A stretch of DNA of 64,000 bases. Source: Camelus dromedarius. Taxonomy: Eukaryota. The notes beneath the pieces are model-generated. The model saw only the letters and a program-made list of their open reading frames with translations. It was not told the DNA's origin and did no database searches. The stretch is from NCBI RefSeq assembly GCF_036321535.1, contig NC_087437.1, forward strand, positions 16,370,001-16,434,000, read 5' to 3'. Made by a program: the position numbers and the translations under genes. Positions within the stretch are counted from its first letter, which is position 1. Each line of letters begins with the position of its first letter. Below are positions 61,701-64,000 of this stretch, one piece after another.

Positions 61701-61854
61701 TACTTTGGAGAGGGGTTGGCTGATATATTTGAAATTTGCTAAGTATCCATATGATTGAAAAATACACAGTCTCATAAAATGTTGCTTTGTGGTAGGAACT
61801 GATCAGAAACCACAGCAGACAGAAGGTAAATTAGGAACCTGAGGGGCGGGACAG

Positions 61855-62090
61855 AGTAGAGGTGCAAAGCAGAGGCTTTGGAGTCTGATCAGCTTGGATT
61901 CAAATCCCGGCTCTGCCTCTCTCTCGGGGTATGATCTTGAAATGCAGTAATCTCTCTGAGCTTCTTTTCTTCATCTGTAAAATGGCAATAACATTGCCTG
62001 TGTCAGAGCATTGTTGTAAATATTAGGTATTAAATCAGGAATCTGGCATATAATAACATTCAATAAGCAGTTTTTACTCATTATTAATTT
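61855..62090 (+). mobile_element. MIR
   Basis: ggctttggagtctgatcagcttggattcaaatcccggctctgcc...ttcttcatctgtaaaatggcaataac. Confidence 0.88.
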
Positions 62091-62571
62091 TTACTATGAA
62101 AGTGGCTTAGATGCTAAAAAGGTTATACCAAGAGGAAGAAGTTAGGTTACTTTATCCACATCCAAGGTAGAAAACCACAAACAAAAGAAATCACCTCATT
62201 CATTTCTTTATTCTGAACTAGCTATACACATTTGCAGCCCTCTGCTGAACCCAAGCGGGAATTAAACGGAGAGATGAGATGTTCTCAGATGAAGAGTCAC
62301 GCAACATGGCAATGGGATGGCAGAGAGCAGTCAGCGAAATGCCAGGTAAGTGGGAAGAGAAGGGATGCAGGCTGAGAACTGAGCCCCATGGGGCTTATCT
62401 GGACTTGTCAGGGAAGCTCTGATGACCTCCAAGCCAGAGGTCAACCCCGAGCCCTCAATACCCAATTCTGGGGACAGCCGTTAATGAAGCTTTGCAACAT
62501 TTACTCTAAGGGGAAAAGATCAAAGTGATATTAGATCATCTATTTAATCAACTGGTCAGTTCCACTAGCCC

Positions 62572-62780
62572 TGTGTAACAGTTAGAGCTCTTCAAGTTGT
62601 GATAGAAACCCAACTCCAAACCAGCTTAAGCAAAACACCAACAAGAAACAAAGATGAGTTTATGGATGATCCTGGGGAACCTCCAGAATAACCAAGCCTC
62701 AGGCACCCAGAGATGTGGATGCTCTTCAGGAACCATGGGAATGGAGAGAGGACTCCTTCAGGACTTGCTGTCTCTCAGGA
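62572..62780 (-). mobile_element. Old MLT1 (J/K-like) LTR fragment
   Basis: gttgtgatagaaacccaactccaaaccagcttaagcaaaa. Confidence 0.65.
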
Positions 62781-62879
62781 CTGGGAGAGACAGATGAGGG
62801 GTGACTGAGAAGGCACGATCGTCTGCCAGTGGCCAAGAAAGCTTGAGAGCAGCCGATTTCTCTGCAGAATCATGGAACG

Positions 62880-64000
62880 TCTCAGAGAGGCACCATCTAC
62901 CTCTGAAAGTGGGGTGCAGGTAGAACAGAAGACAAGGAAGTGGTCTAAATATCATTTTGACAATCTCATCCCTTCCCCCTCCATAGCAGAAAGCTGGGTG
63001 TTTACCCTCTGCTGAGGTCAAACCAGAGAGCTTCTGAACTGAGGGGCCAGAATGATTGAGAGCCAGGGTGCCCAAGCAAAAACAGGAGAACTAGCAGATA
63101 GCTGATGCCCCGAGGTCCCTCTCCCACACTCGGCTCCCAGAATGCAGGCAACCTAGCTTAAACCTCCTGGGCAAAAAGCTGGCAGGTGTGTCATAGAAAA
63201 AAAGCAACCAGCCCAACAGACACTGAGAGTTGGGTCCCCAGTGAAAGGGCCGAGCCTGTTCTCCCTACCGTGAAGCCCGCCCCCGACACAAACAGCCCAG
63301 GCAAACACAGCTTCAGGCCAACTCTCCAGTGGCCCGTTCTTCAATACCAACTGATAGCCAAAGATCATCAAACATTTAAGAAGCCTTCCATTGTCCTTCA
63401 AAGAGAGAAACTGAAGTAAACAGAAAGATTTCAGAGAGGGGATAATGAAATAAGTAGGGCTTGGGGAGTAAAAAGATAGCCCATCCATGAAACGACAACA
63501 GGACGCCCTAATAAGCAACACCCATGGAGCAGAACGTGAGCTCTTGGGAATTATAAACATGATGGCAGAAATGAAAAATTCAGTAGGGTATTTGGACCAG
63601 AAATTAAGAACATCACCAAGGAATTAAAATTTTAGAAACAAACAGTTACAGAGGGAAAAAAGGATATTCTAAGAGAGTCAGCCCACAGAGGAAAAAAAGG
63701 GGGTGGGGGAGCAAGAAGTAGTCAATCAGCTTCTTGAAGCTAGAAGACAAGAGGGCAATGGCTTCAGAATCCTCAGGGGAAATGATTTCTGACCTAGAAT
63801 CCTATGTCCACGCAAAATATTAATTATGTACACAAGGAGAAGGAAAACATGTTCAGACATGCCAGGTCTCAAAAGCTGGATCTCCCATGTGCTTATTTTC
63901 AGGAAGACACTGGAGAATGTACTCCAGAACAGTGAGAATGAACCGAAGGACAACACGGTATCCAAGAAACAAGGGATTCAGCAGAAGGAAAAAGAGAAGG
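62880..64000 (+). mobile_element. HAL1 (half-L1) element, running off the window
   Basis: ttcagacatgccaggtctcaaaagctggatctcccatgtgcttattttcaggaagacactggagaatgtactcca matches recalled HAL1 ORF1-end consensus. Confidence 0.75.

Noticed and set aside
1..64000. Prokaryote-type systems (operons, CRISPR, defence islands) or an intact cellular gene
   Set aside because: The sequence is eutherian repeat-rich DNA. I saw no repeat-spacer array, no dense ORFs and no ORF with a recognisable cellular domain.

Overview
This window is mammalian (eutherian) nuclear DNA, not microbial. It looks like repeat-rich intergenic or intronic sequence. Pan-eutherian repeats are abundant: MIR, L2, CR1/L3, L1M-type LINEs, HAL1, MLT1 MaLR LTRs, LTR16/ERVL, MER5 and MER47. 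Younger L1 3' ends are of cetartiodactyl type, and the youngest resembles camelid L1. I saw no Alu, BovB/Bov-tA, PRE-1, CanSINE or ERE elements, so a camelid (camel/alpaca/llama) is my best inference. I could not support any intact cellular protein-coding gene, RNA gene or CRISPR array. The only recognisable peptides in the ORF track are decayed L1 ORF2 pieces and a decayed ERVL protease motif. The most notable structures are: (1) a TSD-bounded three-part chimeric L1 insertion at 43.2-44.3 kb; (2) a decayed LTR16/ERVL provirus upstream of a plausible minus-strand spliced exon chain ending in AATAAA at 23.5-27 kb; (3) a ~90% identical local duplication carrying a minus-strand polyA signal, with one copy inside an L2; (4) a 5'-inverted L1 nested in an older L1; (5) two independent same-family ERV1 solo LTRs 1.5 kb apart; (6) motif clusters resembling a promoter (46.0 kb) and an immune enhancer (48.2 kb). 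Repeat family names come from recalled consensus sequences, not from a search. Repeat boundaries are approximate unless a TSD is quoted. I found no convincing evidence of a new biological system; the findings are testable leads.
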